Below, one piece after another: positions 37,652-45,315 of a DNA stretch of 54,772 nucleotides. The notes beneath the pieces are model-generated. The model ran no database searches, was not told where the DNA came from, and saw nothing but the letters and a program-made list of their open reading frames with translations. Where the stretch lies: the IMG/VR virus record IMGVR_UViG_3300028430_000584. One strand, written 5' to 3'. The stretch is from a virus. Each line of letters opens with the position of its first letter. Positions within the stretch are counted from its first letter, which is position 1. Both the position numbers and the translations under genes were made by a program.

Positions 37652-38076
37652 GACACGGACTCCGACGTGGCAAGAAGGTTGGGATTGACGTGGATGGCGT
37701 ACGCGGCCATCGCCACCATAACGTGGCACTTGCCAAGGAACGTGCAGGCTTCGTCGATCTGCGACTCACAGACGGCTTCGTTGATGGGGATCTGCCACTC
37801 AAGCGGCAATGCCTGAGCGGTCCACAGATCGACGACCTTCATGAAGAGACCGCCCCAGTACACGTCGTTGTGAGAGGAGCGGTTGCACGGATTCATGAGA
37901 CCAAGGCTCTTGAAACCACGCAACAACCACGTAAAGCAGTCACGCGGTTCGTTCTGAAGAATCACTTTGCGGATGTCGCTGAAGAGCCTCTGCTGATGGG
38001 GCAGCCAAGTCGGCGGACCCGAATGAGGCTGGAAGGAGGTTGCGTTCGCATTGAGGGTCGCGTTGCTGATCGACAT
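37396..38076 (-). CDS. Hypothetical protein (226 aa); the tail overlaps the terminase gene
   Basis: ATG 38076 is preceded by GGAG. The plausible domain ends near 37650, and the S/T/P-rich remainder overlaps TerL by about 256 nt. Confidence 0.4.
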   Translation of the reverse strand: MSISNATLNANATSFQPHSGPPTWLPHQQRLFSDIRKVILQNEPRDCFTWLLRGFKSLGLMNPCNRSSHNDVYWGGLFMKVVDLWTAQALPLEWQIPINEAVCESQIDEACTFLGKCHVMVAMAAYAIHVNPNLLATSESVSCRPQSSKSHGSTIPTTHSPLTTPSLTTTDSGSPESTPAVSGSSTQPTLPSSLTSTQPQSTSSTATTSTPTPPTTSIRRSTKTAS

Positions 38077-38425
38077 CAGGAGACTCCAAAATGATGCGGG
38101 TAGCGGTGAGAGTGGTGACACGACCGTCTGGGGTGCGTGTGGTTTGGGTGGCCTGCTTGACGGCACCAGCGGCCTCAAGCGACTTAGCGGCGGTGCTCAG
38201 GAAGAGGGGGATGGCTCGGAGAGAGACGGCGGGGTCGGGGGAGCGGACGTGGGTGATGAGCGTATTGACGAGTTCCGCTTGGTCGAAGCCGTTTTCGACG
38301 CACGACGTTCCGAACCCGTCGGGGTTGAAGAAGGAGGCTGCGACTTCTGCTCCGCTGGAATGGACCACAGCGTTTCGGCGAGGCCGGGGGAGCTGGGGCA
38401 ATTGTCCTGAAAGTTCGGGTGGCAC
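37940..38425 (-). CDS. Hypothetical protein (161 aa, GTG start)
   Basis: ORF track. Overlaps neighbours at both ends. The start is uncertain. Confidence 0.3.
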   Translation of the reverse strand: MPPELSGQLPQLPRPRRNAVVHSSGAEVAASFFNPDGFGTSCVENGFDQAELVNTLITHVRSPDPAVSLRAIPLFLSTAAKSLEAAGAVKQATQTTRTPDGRVTTLTATRIILESPDVDQQRDPQCERNLLPASFGSADLAAPSAEALQRHPQSDSSERTA

Positions 38426-39096
38426 TGCTGGGCCTCCTCATCCACATCGAAGTAGGTCGTTATCGACTCGGGCTCGTCCTCGAAGAGTATAGCCGCCTGC
38501 TTGCGAGCCTGCATCGCTCGCTCGAAGGTTGCCACATCTCGAATCTGCATGGCGTGAAGAGCGAGTGTGGAGGCTGCGGTGTCAAGCGAGGCTTTCAGGT
38601 CAGCGGGCGCGGGGAGCTGGTTGAGCTTGCGAAGAGCGTACAGCTCACTGACGAGAAGTCGGGCAGTGTCGCGTAGACGGTCGAAGTGAGATGAAGGGGC
38701 AACGTCGGGGAGGGATGCTGGGATGCCGTGACCCCCCGGAGCAACGAGTGATCGAAGTACGAGCTTGAAGGTGTCGAACTCAACGAAGGCGTGTCTTGGG
38801 TGAAAGTAGACAAGGGGAACTCCGTAGAGGGTGCAGAGGTGGGCGAGGGCTTCCACAGTGAAGCCCGTCGGTGCGAGCGTGCGGTGCAGATAGCGGAGCG
38901 AGTAGAAGCGGAGGCCCGGCCCAAACGACACGTAGTCCGCGACAGGCGAGTCGGTCTGGGTCGTGAAGGCGGAGGGGTCTTTGGCGTTGCGATGGTAGAC
39001 ACCGGGCGGTGCATAATGCACCGAGTCATCCCCCCCACTCAAGGCGTTGGGAGGGGGAGGGTCAGAGGACGGGGGGCGTGAAGACGAGGGGGGCAT
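38197..39096 (-). CDS. Hypothetical protein (299 aa)
   Basis: ATG 39096 lies within ORF 38197..39288. The varied central sequence is DDSVHYAPPGVYHRNAKDP...AMQARKQAAILFEDEPES. The tail is low-complexity. Confidence 0.4.
   Translation of the reverse strand: MPPSSSRPPSSDPPPPNALSGGDDSVHYAPPGVYHRNAKDPSAFTTQTDSPVADYVSFGPGLRFYSLRYLHRTLAPTGFTVEALAHLCTLYGVPLVYFHPRHAFVEFDTFKLVLRSLVAPGGHGIPASLPDVAPSSHFDRLRDTARLLVSELYALRKLNQLPAPADLKASLDTAASTLALHAMQIRDVATFERAMQARKQAAILFEDEPESITTYFDVDEEAQQCHPNFQDNCPSSPGLAETLWSIPAEQKSQPPSSTPTGSERRASKTASTKRNSSIRSSPTSAPPTPPSLSEPSPSS
39030..39046 (+). repeat. Dispersed repeat copy CCCCCCCACTCAAGGCG
   Basis: Antisense within 38197..39096, read as ALSGG. Confidence 0.95.
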
Positions 39097-39517
39097 TGGC
39101 TGAGCCGAGCGTGAGGGGGAAATCGGACAGGGGGTTGATGGCGGCGGTACGAGATGATAGGATGGTGGGATCAAGTTGGCGACCACCGCGCACAGGCTTT
39201 TGAACTGGCATAACGGATTGAGTTGAAGCTCTCCTTGCGGCGGTCGCAACAGGCACAACTGAAGATGAAGAGCGGCCTCGGCCCACACCTTGAGTGGGGG
39301 TCATGAGGATGTCGCGGCTGCTCCGGTTGCTCCCGGTGGCTTTGGCCTTCTGGGCGATGTCTTGGGTGATGGCTGCGAAGTCTTGGGCACGGAAGTTGTG
39401 CCGCATGGAGTGCAGGATGGAGAGCTGGGTGGCGGGGGAGAGTTTGGACGAGCCTTCGAGGATTGAGAGGTAGTTGTTGAAGGAGCGGTCGGACAGTGTG
39501 CCGATCGTGGGTTTCAT
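39062..39517 (-). CDS. Hypothetical protein (151 aa), first gene of the minus-strand block
   Basis: ATG 39517 (MKPTIGTLSDRSFNNYLSILEG...). Contains a sense-oriented repeat copy read as TPTQG. Confidence 0.4.
   Translation of the reverse strand: MKPTIGTLSDRSFNNYLSILEGSSKLSPATQLSILHSMRHNFRAQDFAAITQDIAQKAKATGSNRSSRDILMTPTQGVGRGRSSSSVVPVATAARRASTQSVMPVQKPVRGGRQLDPTILSSRTAAINPLSDFPLTLGSANAPLVFTPPVL
39286..39300 (-). repeat. Dispersed repeat copy (reverse)
   Basis: Sense within 39062..39517, read as TPTQG. Confidence 0.95.
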
Positions 39518-39561
39518 GCGGGAACTCCAAAGGGCCAGAGGGTCCAGAGAAGGATAGCACG

Positions 39562-40965
39562 ATGTCCGGGTCAGCACCAGTCAGGGTTGTGGTTGAGAGC
39601 GATGCACCAGCGGATCTGGCGAGGCGGGCGATGGCTGTGGTGTGGGGTTGCACGGCGAGCAAGCGGGGGCTGTTGTGGTGGAAGGGTACGTGGCTGATGT
39701 GGCGCGAGACGAGTCCGGGTGTGGGAAGGTGGGAGGTGGGGGTGAACGAGACGGAGATGAGGGCTGCGTTGTGGGAGTTTCTGAGTGTGTGCGTGACTGA
39801 GGAGCAAGAGGATGAGATGACCACGGTGACGACGCGGGTGAGGGTTGATAAGCGGATGGTGGACGATGTGATGGATGCCGTCAAGGGCTTCAGCTTGTTC
39901 AAGGCGGAGACGCTGCCGGTGTGGCTGAGGAAGCCGCAGGGTGTGGAAGAGTGGGAGTGTGTAGGGTTTGAGGATGTGGTGGTCAATGCGAGGACGGGGG
40001 AGACGTGGGAGCGGACTCAGGATTGGGTGGATGTCGGTGTGCTGCCGGTGGCGTGGGCCAGTGGACGAGCGGAATGCCCCCTGATGGATCGGACGGTGAG
40101 TGAGTGGGGTGAGGGGCAGGAGAGGTGGGTGGAGATGTGGTGGAGGCTGATGGGACTGGCAGTGGGGAATGAGCGGAGGTTAGGGGTTATTGGGGTGCTG
40201 GAGGGTCTGACGAGAGGAGGGAAGGGGGTGACGAGCAGGTTGGTGAAGAAGCTGAAGGGAGCGGGGGCGTTTATGACGGACGTGAAGAGTCTGACGAGCG
40301 AGTATGGGTTGTGGGGTGCGCAGGTGGCGGGAGTGATCGTGGTTGAGGAGGTGAGCAAGCTCGGGAAGAGTCAAGCAGAGACGGCAGGTAGCGTGGTGAA
40401 GAAGGTGGTGGGACGGGACGTGCTGACGCTCAATGGGAAGTGGCAGTTGCCGGTGCGGACGCAGATCAATGCGACTGTGCTGATGGTCGGCAACACGATC
40501 CCTAACTTGCCGGACCATGCGAGGGCCATCAGCAGCAAGCTGAGGGTGCTGCCGTTCAACAGGAGTTGGGCGGGCAAAGAAGATCCGGGGCTGGAAGAGA
40601 AGCTGGAGGCGGAGCTGGCGGGGGTGGCGAGGAAGGCGGTGGAGGCGTTGGGGCGGGTGCTGAGGGAGCCGGACAGTGCGAAGAAGTTTGACGTGGAGCT
40701 GGGACGCGAGGAGGTAGAGGATTTCCAGAGGGAGGTGAATGAGGCGGATGACTTCCTGTGCCAGTGGTTTGTGAAGGTGGGGAGCGGGATGGTGGCCGCT
40801 GCGACGATGTGGGAGGTGTTCAGGAGGGAGAGGGGGCCTGTCATGAGCGAGAACAGGTTCCACAAGGGGTTCATGAAGACAACCAGTTGGGCACTGGGTA
40901 GGAGGAAGGTGAACGGGCGGATGTTCTATGTGGGGCTGGCGATGAAGGCGGATGGGCAGGAGTGA
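39562..40965 (+). CDS. SF3 (D5 / P4-primase C-terminal-like) replicative helicase
   Basis: Walker A is GLTRGGKGVTS. Walker B is GVIVVEEV. ATG 39562 is preceded by GAAGGA. The coding strand is extremely G-rich and C-poor. Confidence 0.65.
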   Translation: MSGSAPVRVVVESDAPADLARRAMAVVWGCTASKRGLLWWKGTWLMWRETSPGVGRWEVGVNETEMRAALWEFLSVCVTEEQEDEMTTVTTRVRVDKRMVDDVMDAVKGFSLFKAETLPVWLRKPQGVEEWECVGFEDVVVNARTGETWERTQDWVDVGVLPVAWASGRAECPLMDRTVSEWGEGQERWVEMWWRLMGLAVGNERRLGVIGVLEGLTRGGKGVTSRLVKKLKGAGAFMTDVKSLTSEYGLWGAQVAGVIVVEEVSKLGKSQAETAGSVVKKVVGRDVLTLNGKWQLPVRTQINATVLMVGNTIPNLPDHARAISSKLRVLPFNRSWAGKEDPGLEEKLEAELAGVARKAVEALGRVLREPDSAKKFDVELGREEVEDFQREVNEADDFLCQWFVKVGSGMVAAATMWEVFRRERGPVMSENRFHKGFMKTTSWALGRRKVNGRMFYVGLAMKADGQE

Positions 40966-40987
40966 GGTGGATTGGTGGATAGGGAGA

Positions 40988-41003
40988 CCCCCCACTCAAG
41001 GTT
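40988..41003 (+). repeat. Dispersed repeat copy CCCCCCACTCAAGGTT
   Basis: Left arm of the terminator hairpin. Confidence 0.95.
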
Positions 41004-41035
41004 TGTTGGTGGCTTGTCTTGTGACAGGCAACCAG

Positions 41036-41050
41036 CACCTTGAGTGGGGG
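41036..41050 (-). repeat. Dispersed repeat copy (reverse)
   Basis: Right arm of the terminator hairpin, followed by TTTTT. Confidence 0.95.
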
Positions 41051-41124
41051 TTTTTCGTTGAGGGCGTTAGGGTGCGGGAGAGGGTGGGGAGGGACGGGGA
41101 GGTGGAAGGCGGGCCACAACTTCC

Positions 41125-41153
41125 TTATATATATTTTTCAGGTGTCAAAAAAA
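41125..41153. promoter_or_regulatory. AT-rich island in a GC-rich non-coding region (candidate promoter or DNA-unwinding element)
   Basis: ttatatatatttttcaggtgtcaaaaaaa is the most AT-rich stretch seen in the window. Confidence 0.3.
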
Positions 41154-41165
41154 CGAGTTGTAGTT

Positions 41166-41184
41166 GGGGAGGGAGTCCCTCCCC
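41166..41184. repeat. Perfect 19-bp palindrome GGGGAGGGA-G-TCCCTCCCC
   Basis: Read directly. It lies 13 nt downstream of the AT-rich island. Confidence 0.85.
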
Positions 41185-41280
41185 AAAGAGAACGTGTGGC
41201 GATTTGTGACGATTGTGGGGGTGTGAGGGGGGTAACTGAGGCGAACGTGGCGGGGAGGGAGTGCGGAAGGAGCGAAAATC

Positions 41281-41321
41281 TGCCTCCCTAAATGGGCTTC
41301 CCTCCCCAAGCCAGGGAGGCA
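41281..41321. repeat. Inverted repeat tgcctccct / agggaggca with a 23-nt spacer
   Basis: Read directly. Shares the GGGAGG / CCTCCC theme with the 41166 palindrome. Confidence 0.7.
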
Positions 41322-41659
41322 CGAAAAGGGAGGAATGGGGAGGCAGGGGTACTAACGGAAGGAGAACGAGTCGTTAGGGTAGGAATTTTGAGAGGGGTGG
41401 GGTGTTTCCGCTCGCCGCAAGGCCGCGAGCCGGGGGGTGTGCCACCCGCCCGGGCCGCCTGCTTGCCCCCACTGTAACCTAGATGGGCTAGGGGTAAGAC
41501 GCATGCAAGTTATACCCTCGCAAACTTGACCCGATCGGACAGAATGCCTATTGTTCTTGGCTTGCCGATCCCCAGCCTACGTTGGCGCGGGGTCCGCTGG
41601 CCGCGACCGCCCCCGCGTGAACGGGGCGCACCGGGTCCGACGGACCCAAGGAAGTTCCC

Positions 41660-42142
41660 ATGAATGCAATCGTCGCCCCCGCCCCCGCCCCCGTGTCTAG
41701 CGCGGCCGCGCCCCCTAAGGCTAAGAGGGAGAGCGCGAAGGAACTTTGCAATCGCTACCTTGCGCAATACTTTGCGCTGGTGGATGCCACATCGTCTCGC
41801 GCGATCAAGCGCGCGGCCGGCATCCCAGAAACGACAAAACTCGCCGATCTTACCGACGAACAAGCCGCGCTCTACGCTGAAACTCGCGCGGCCGTTCAAT
41901 CGGAAGAATGGTGCGCCGCGTTGAACGGTTGGGCGGCAAAACTCCGCGCGGAGCGAGTAGCGGGTGGCGTGCGTCTGACCGATTGCCATGCACCGCTGGT
42001 GAAGAGACTCATCGACGCGGGCGAGTACACCCCGACCGGACGGCCCGTCACTGTGTTGGAATGGATCACCGCGCGTGTGATCGTAAAAACCACCAGCGCG
42101 GCGCGCGTCCGTGCGTCGATGACCCCCCGCAAGCGTAAGTAA
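41660..42142 (+). CDS. Hypothetical protein (160 aa) with atypical CpG- and GCG-rich codon usage
   Basis: ATG preceded by AAGGAAG. GCG and CGC codons dominate, unlike the GCC, CTC and TCC usage of neighbouring genes. Confidence 0.55.
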   Translation: MNAIVAPAPAPVSSAAAPPKAKRESAKELCNRYLAQYFALVDATSSRAIKRAAGIPETTKLADLTDEQAALYAETRAAVQSEEWCAALNGWAAKLRAERVAGGVRLTDCHAPLVKRLIDAGEYTPTGRPVTVLEWITARVIVKTTSAARVRASMTPRKRK

Positions 42143-42840
42143 ACTAATCGGTTCCCCTACCCGATCCGATCCCTAGCGGGATTGTATCGGATTCCGCCCC
42201 TAGGCGCGAAAGCCCCTAGACGTGGACCCGCACCGGGCATACGGTACGTGCGGGTGACTCGGCTATAGGTGCGCGCTGTGAGCCCTGCGCGTACTGAAGT
42301 GGGTACTGGCCCAGTAGGTTCCCCCGTCGGGAATAATGCCTACACCAGACTAGATGCGAACGCCGCATAGGGCACCCCCCTACTGACCACGTTCGCAGCG
42401 TCCCCCGCCCCGCATTGTCCGACTCCATCGGGCCACGCGGTGTAGGGTGCCGGTATCATGCCTCTCCAAGGGCACGGGCCTAATCCCCCGTAGACACCGG
42501 ATCACACGCCGCATTCGCATCTATCCCCGTTGTCGATAACGGGACGTCGCTCTACTGTGGCCCGCCTAGCAAGCGCACCATCCACCGCACCGACCAATCG
42601 ACCGCCGCCCACCCGTTACATGGGCACCCCCCACAAGTTCCGATACGCTCAGGTTCGGTACATGCACCTACTGGCATCACCCGTAGGTCGGTGTTTGCTC
42701 ACCTGCCAACGCATGTAGCACGTTCAGCCCGCATTCGTTAGTGGGGTAACGCCAACTCAATCCGCACCCTCTCTTCACCGGGAGGGTGCGGCTTCCCTGT
42801 GTCCCCTCCCCCATCCCACTCCCCTCATCAGGAGCCACCC

Positions 42841-43209
42841 ATGTCCACTCTGCTGTCCAACCTGCTTGGCTTCCGTTCCGCGTCTGAACTGCTCGCCCGC
42901 ATCGACGCCCGTGCGGCCGACACCACCATCTCCCCCTACCACGCCATGTGCTATCGCCTTGTCCCCACCCTCGTCGATCAGATGATGGGCTCCGCCATCT
43001 GCGGCGACCTCCGCTCCCGCACCTACACCGGCCTCGCTGCCGACTTCCAATCCTCCGGCGTCATGCCCAGCATCGACTACACTCTTCGCACCATCCGAGC
43101 CATTGCCCTCACCCAGCCATCGCTACCCTCCACTCACTGCCCCCTCATCGAGCGTGAACGCATCGCCCTGCTCGCCCTCGTCCTCGTCGCCCTCAACCTC
43201 ACCGTCTAA
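42841..43209 (+). CDS. Hypothetical early protein (122 aa)
   Basis: ATG preceded by CCCCTCATCAGGAGCCACCC. Within ORF 42799..43209. Confidence 0.5.
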   Translation: MSTLLSNLLGFRSASELLARIDARAADTTISPYHAMCYRLVPTLVDQMMGSAICGDLRSRTYTGLAADFQSSGVMPSIDYTLRTIRAIALTQPSLPSTHCPLIERERIALLALVLVALNLTV

Positions 43210-43329
43210 CCCGCCGCCCCTTGTTGCGGCACCATAGAGCCCCTGTGGCTAGCCCCCACTCACATAACGTGCGTGGCGGGCTTTCCGCTGCACCCGTCGT
43301 GTAGCCCCTCCCCATCAGGAGCCGCCCCC

Positions 43330-43617
43330 ATGTACGATCCCTTCGACCGTCGCACCCTCGCCTCCGCCGCGACCCGCTTCGATGCCCGCCTCCGCCACTG
43401 CATCGCCGAGAACATCCGGCCCCGCTCGCTCGTCACCTTCCCCTGCCCCTACAGCGGCAAACGCATCTCCGTCCAGCGTGGCGGTCCCTCTCCCACCCAC
43501 GCCCCCTCCCCGCTCTGCTACACCCTAACTCTCGGCCCTCGCCCCGCCTCCCCGCACCGCGCCGCTCGCAACGCCGCCCGCCGCGTCCGCCGCAACGCCC
43601 GCACCCCTACCCGCTAA
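43330..43617 (+). CDS. Hypothetical early protein (95 aa)
   Basis: ATG preceded by CCCCATCAGGAGCC. Within ORF 43273..43617. Confidence 0.5.
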   Translation: MYDPFDRRTLASAATRFDARLRHCIAENIRPRSLVTFPCPYSGKRISVQRGGPSPTHAPSPLCYTLTLGPRPASPHRAARNAARRVRRNARTPTR

Positions 43618-43861
43618 CCCCATCAACCCGCACCTGCCGATCGGGGGATCACCTTCACCACACTTGCTGCAAAGGAGTATGCATGTGAAGAACACGCTCA
43701 AGCATGTCATCTAATGTGCACTTGTCTCGCCGGCGTTGAGCGATGGGCTTGACATCCCTGTGTACGCTCACTCCTTGAGAGCACCCCTTTTACCGGGCGT
43801 GCTCTCTTTCCCATCGCACTCCGTAACGTGCGCTGTCCCTCCCTCATCAGGAGCCCTGTCC

Positions 43862-44191
43862 ATGCGTCTCTCACCCACCCGCGTCCCCGTCTCTCCCGTC
43901 TCCCCCACCTCCTCTCTTAGCAGTGCCGACTCGCGTGCCATCAACGGCTACCAGTCCCGGCACGCCCGCCTTCTCGATCTCATCAACTGCGGCGACTTCG
44001 CCACGCTCTACTCCGACCTCATCCGCCTGCGTGAGTACGCCCTCACGCACCCCATCCTCGCCGTCCAGTCCAACCTCATCGACTCGCTCGAACGCTTCGC
44101 TGACACCGCGTTCGACACGCTCGACTCCTCCCCCGCCTCCGACGACGCCCGCCCCTTCCTCCGCTCCCTCCACACCCGCACCTCCATCTAA
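43862..44191 (+). CDS. Hypothetical early protein (109 aa)
   Basis: ATG preceded by CCCTCATCAGGAGCC. Within ORF 43736..44191. Confidence 0.5.
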   Translation: MRLSPTRVPVSPVSPTSSLSSADSRAINGYQSRHARLLDLINCGDFATLYSDLIRLREYALTHPILAVQSNLIDSLERFADTAFDTLDSSPASDDARPFLRSLHTRTSI

Positions 44192-44200
44192 GGAGCCCCC

Positions 44201-44572
44201 ATGTCCACCATCCGGTTCGACTTGCGCCGTCAGTCCGGTTCCACCTGCGACCTTGTCGCCACCATCCACATCCCCGAGAACGAGATGGGCGGCGACCCGT
44301 GGCAGTTCGGTGATGCCCTCGTTGCCCGCCTCTCCTGCATCTTCTGCGAGGACGAGTCCGACCTCCTCTACTGGACCTCCCCCAGCATCAACTCTCCCTC
44401 CCAGTTCGACCACGACAACCACTCGCCAGACCCCATCGACCCCGAGATCCTCGACGCCGCCAACAACCACGGCCAGCGTCCCCTCTCCCCCGACGAGCGG
44501 GCTGCATTCGACGAGCATCTCGACTTCACCAAGCCCGACCGCTTCAACTACGACTGGTCCGGCGCAGACTAA
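44201..44572 (+). CDS. Acidic hypothetical protein (123 aa)
   Basis: ATG preceded by TAAGGAGCCCCC. Asp/Glu-rich. Confidence 0.5.
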   Translation: MSTIRFDLRRQSGSTCDLVATIHIPENEMGGDPWQFGDALVARLSCIFCEDESDLLYWTSPSINSPSQFDHDNHSPDPIDPEILDAANNHGQRPLSPDERAAFDEHLDFTKPDRFNYDWSGAD

Positions 44573-44581
44573 GGACACCCC

Positions 44582-44818
44582 ATGATCGTCACCGTCACAC
44601 CCGAAGACATCACCCGTGGTCGCCGTCTCTCCGCTTGTTCATGCCCGATCGCTCTCGCTATCAGACGTCTCGCTCCGCGCTGTGTCGGTGTCACAAATCA
44701 CACCATCCGCATTGATGATCGGCGGTTCGCCACACCCGAACCTGCCTGCAAGTTCATCAACGACTTCGATGCCGCCCGCCCCGTCATGCCCTTCACCTTC
44801 ACCCTCCCCACGGAATAA
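44582..44818 (+). CDS. Small CPIA-motif protein, paralogue 1 (78 aa)
   Basis: Shares about one third identity with the next ORF by hand alignment: SCPIAxAIRR, FIN, PFxFxLP. Confidence 0.55.
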   Translation: MIVTVTPEDITRGRRLSACSCPIALAIRRLAPRCVGVTNHTIRIDDRRFATPEPACKFINDFDAARPVMPFTFTLPTE

Positions 44819-44821
44819 CCC

Positions 44822-45061
44822 ATGCTCATAAACGTCACCGCCCGCGACATCAAACTCGGCATCCCTTGCTCTAAACAGTCGTGCCCCATCGCCCGTGCCA
44901 TCCGCCGTCGCTTCCCCCGCAGCAGAATTAAAGTGCACGCATGGTGCCTTACGATTAATCGTCGTATCATCAGCACCACTCCTCAAGTAACGAGGTTCAT
45001 CAACGCACTCGACGATGGCAAGCGTGTTCGTCCCTTCAAGTTCGACCTCCCCATCAAGTGA
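44822..45061 (+). CDS. Small CPIA-motif protein, paralogue 2 (79 aa)
   Basis: Tandem duplicate of 44582..44818. Confidence 0.55.
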   Translation: MLINVTARDIKLGIPCSKQSCPIARAIRRRFPRSRIKVHAWCLTINRRIISTTPQVTRFINALDDGKRVRPFKFDLPIK

Positions 45062-45069
45062 GCCCACCC

Positions 45070-45294
45070 ATGTTCCTTGACTACTGGCTCCCGCTCCTCC
45101 TCAACTGGCTCGTCGCCACCACCATCCTCTTCTTCAGCACCGCACGCTTCCGTCTCCGTAACTACGGCACCCGTATGCCCACTTCCCCTCTCGACATCAC
45201 CCTCACCGTCGTCGTGCTCCTGCTCTACCTCACCCTTTGCTTTGTCCCGCTCGCCCAGTACCCGCCCGACTTCTGGGTGTGGCTCCTCCACTGA
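45070..45294 (+). CDS. Small membrane protein (74 aa)
   Basis: Two hydrophobic segments: LPLLLNWLVATTILFF and ITLTVVVLLLYLTLCFV. Confidence 0.45.
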   Translation: MFLDYWLPLLLNWLVATTILFFSTARFRLRNYGTRMPTSPLDITLTVVVLLLYLTLCFVPLAQYPPDFWVWLLH

Positions 45295-45315
45295 CCCCCA
45301 CCCAAGGCACCCTGC

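Larger units (their letters stand above)
40988..41055 (+). terminator. Strong hairpin terminator built from two inverted copies of the dispersed repeat
   Basis: CCCCCCACTCAAGGT at 40988-41002 pairs with ACCTTGAGTGGGGG at 41037-41050, followed by ttttt at 41051-41055. It lies 23 nt after the helicase stop. Confidence 0.7.
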
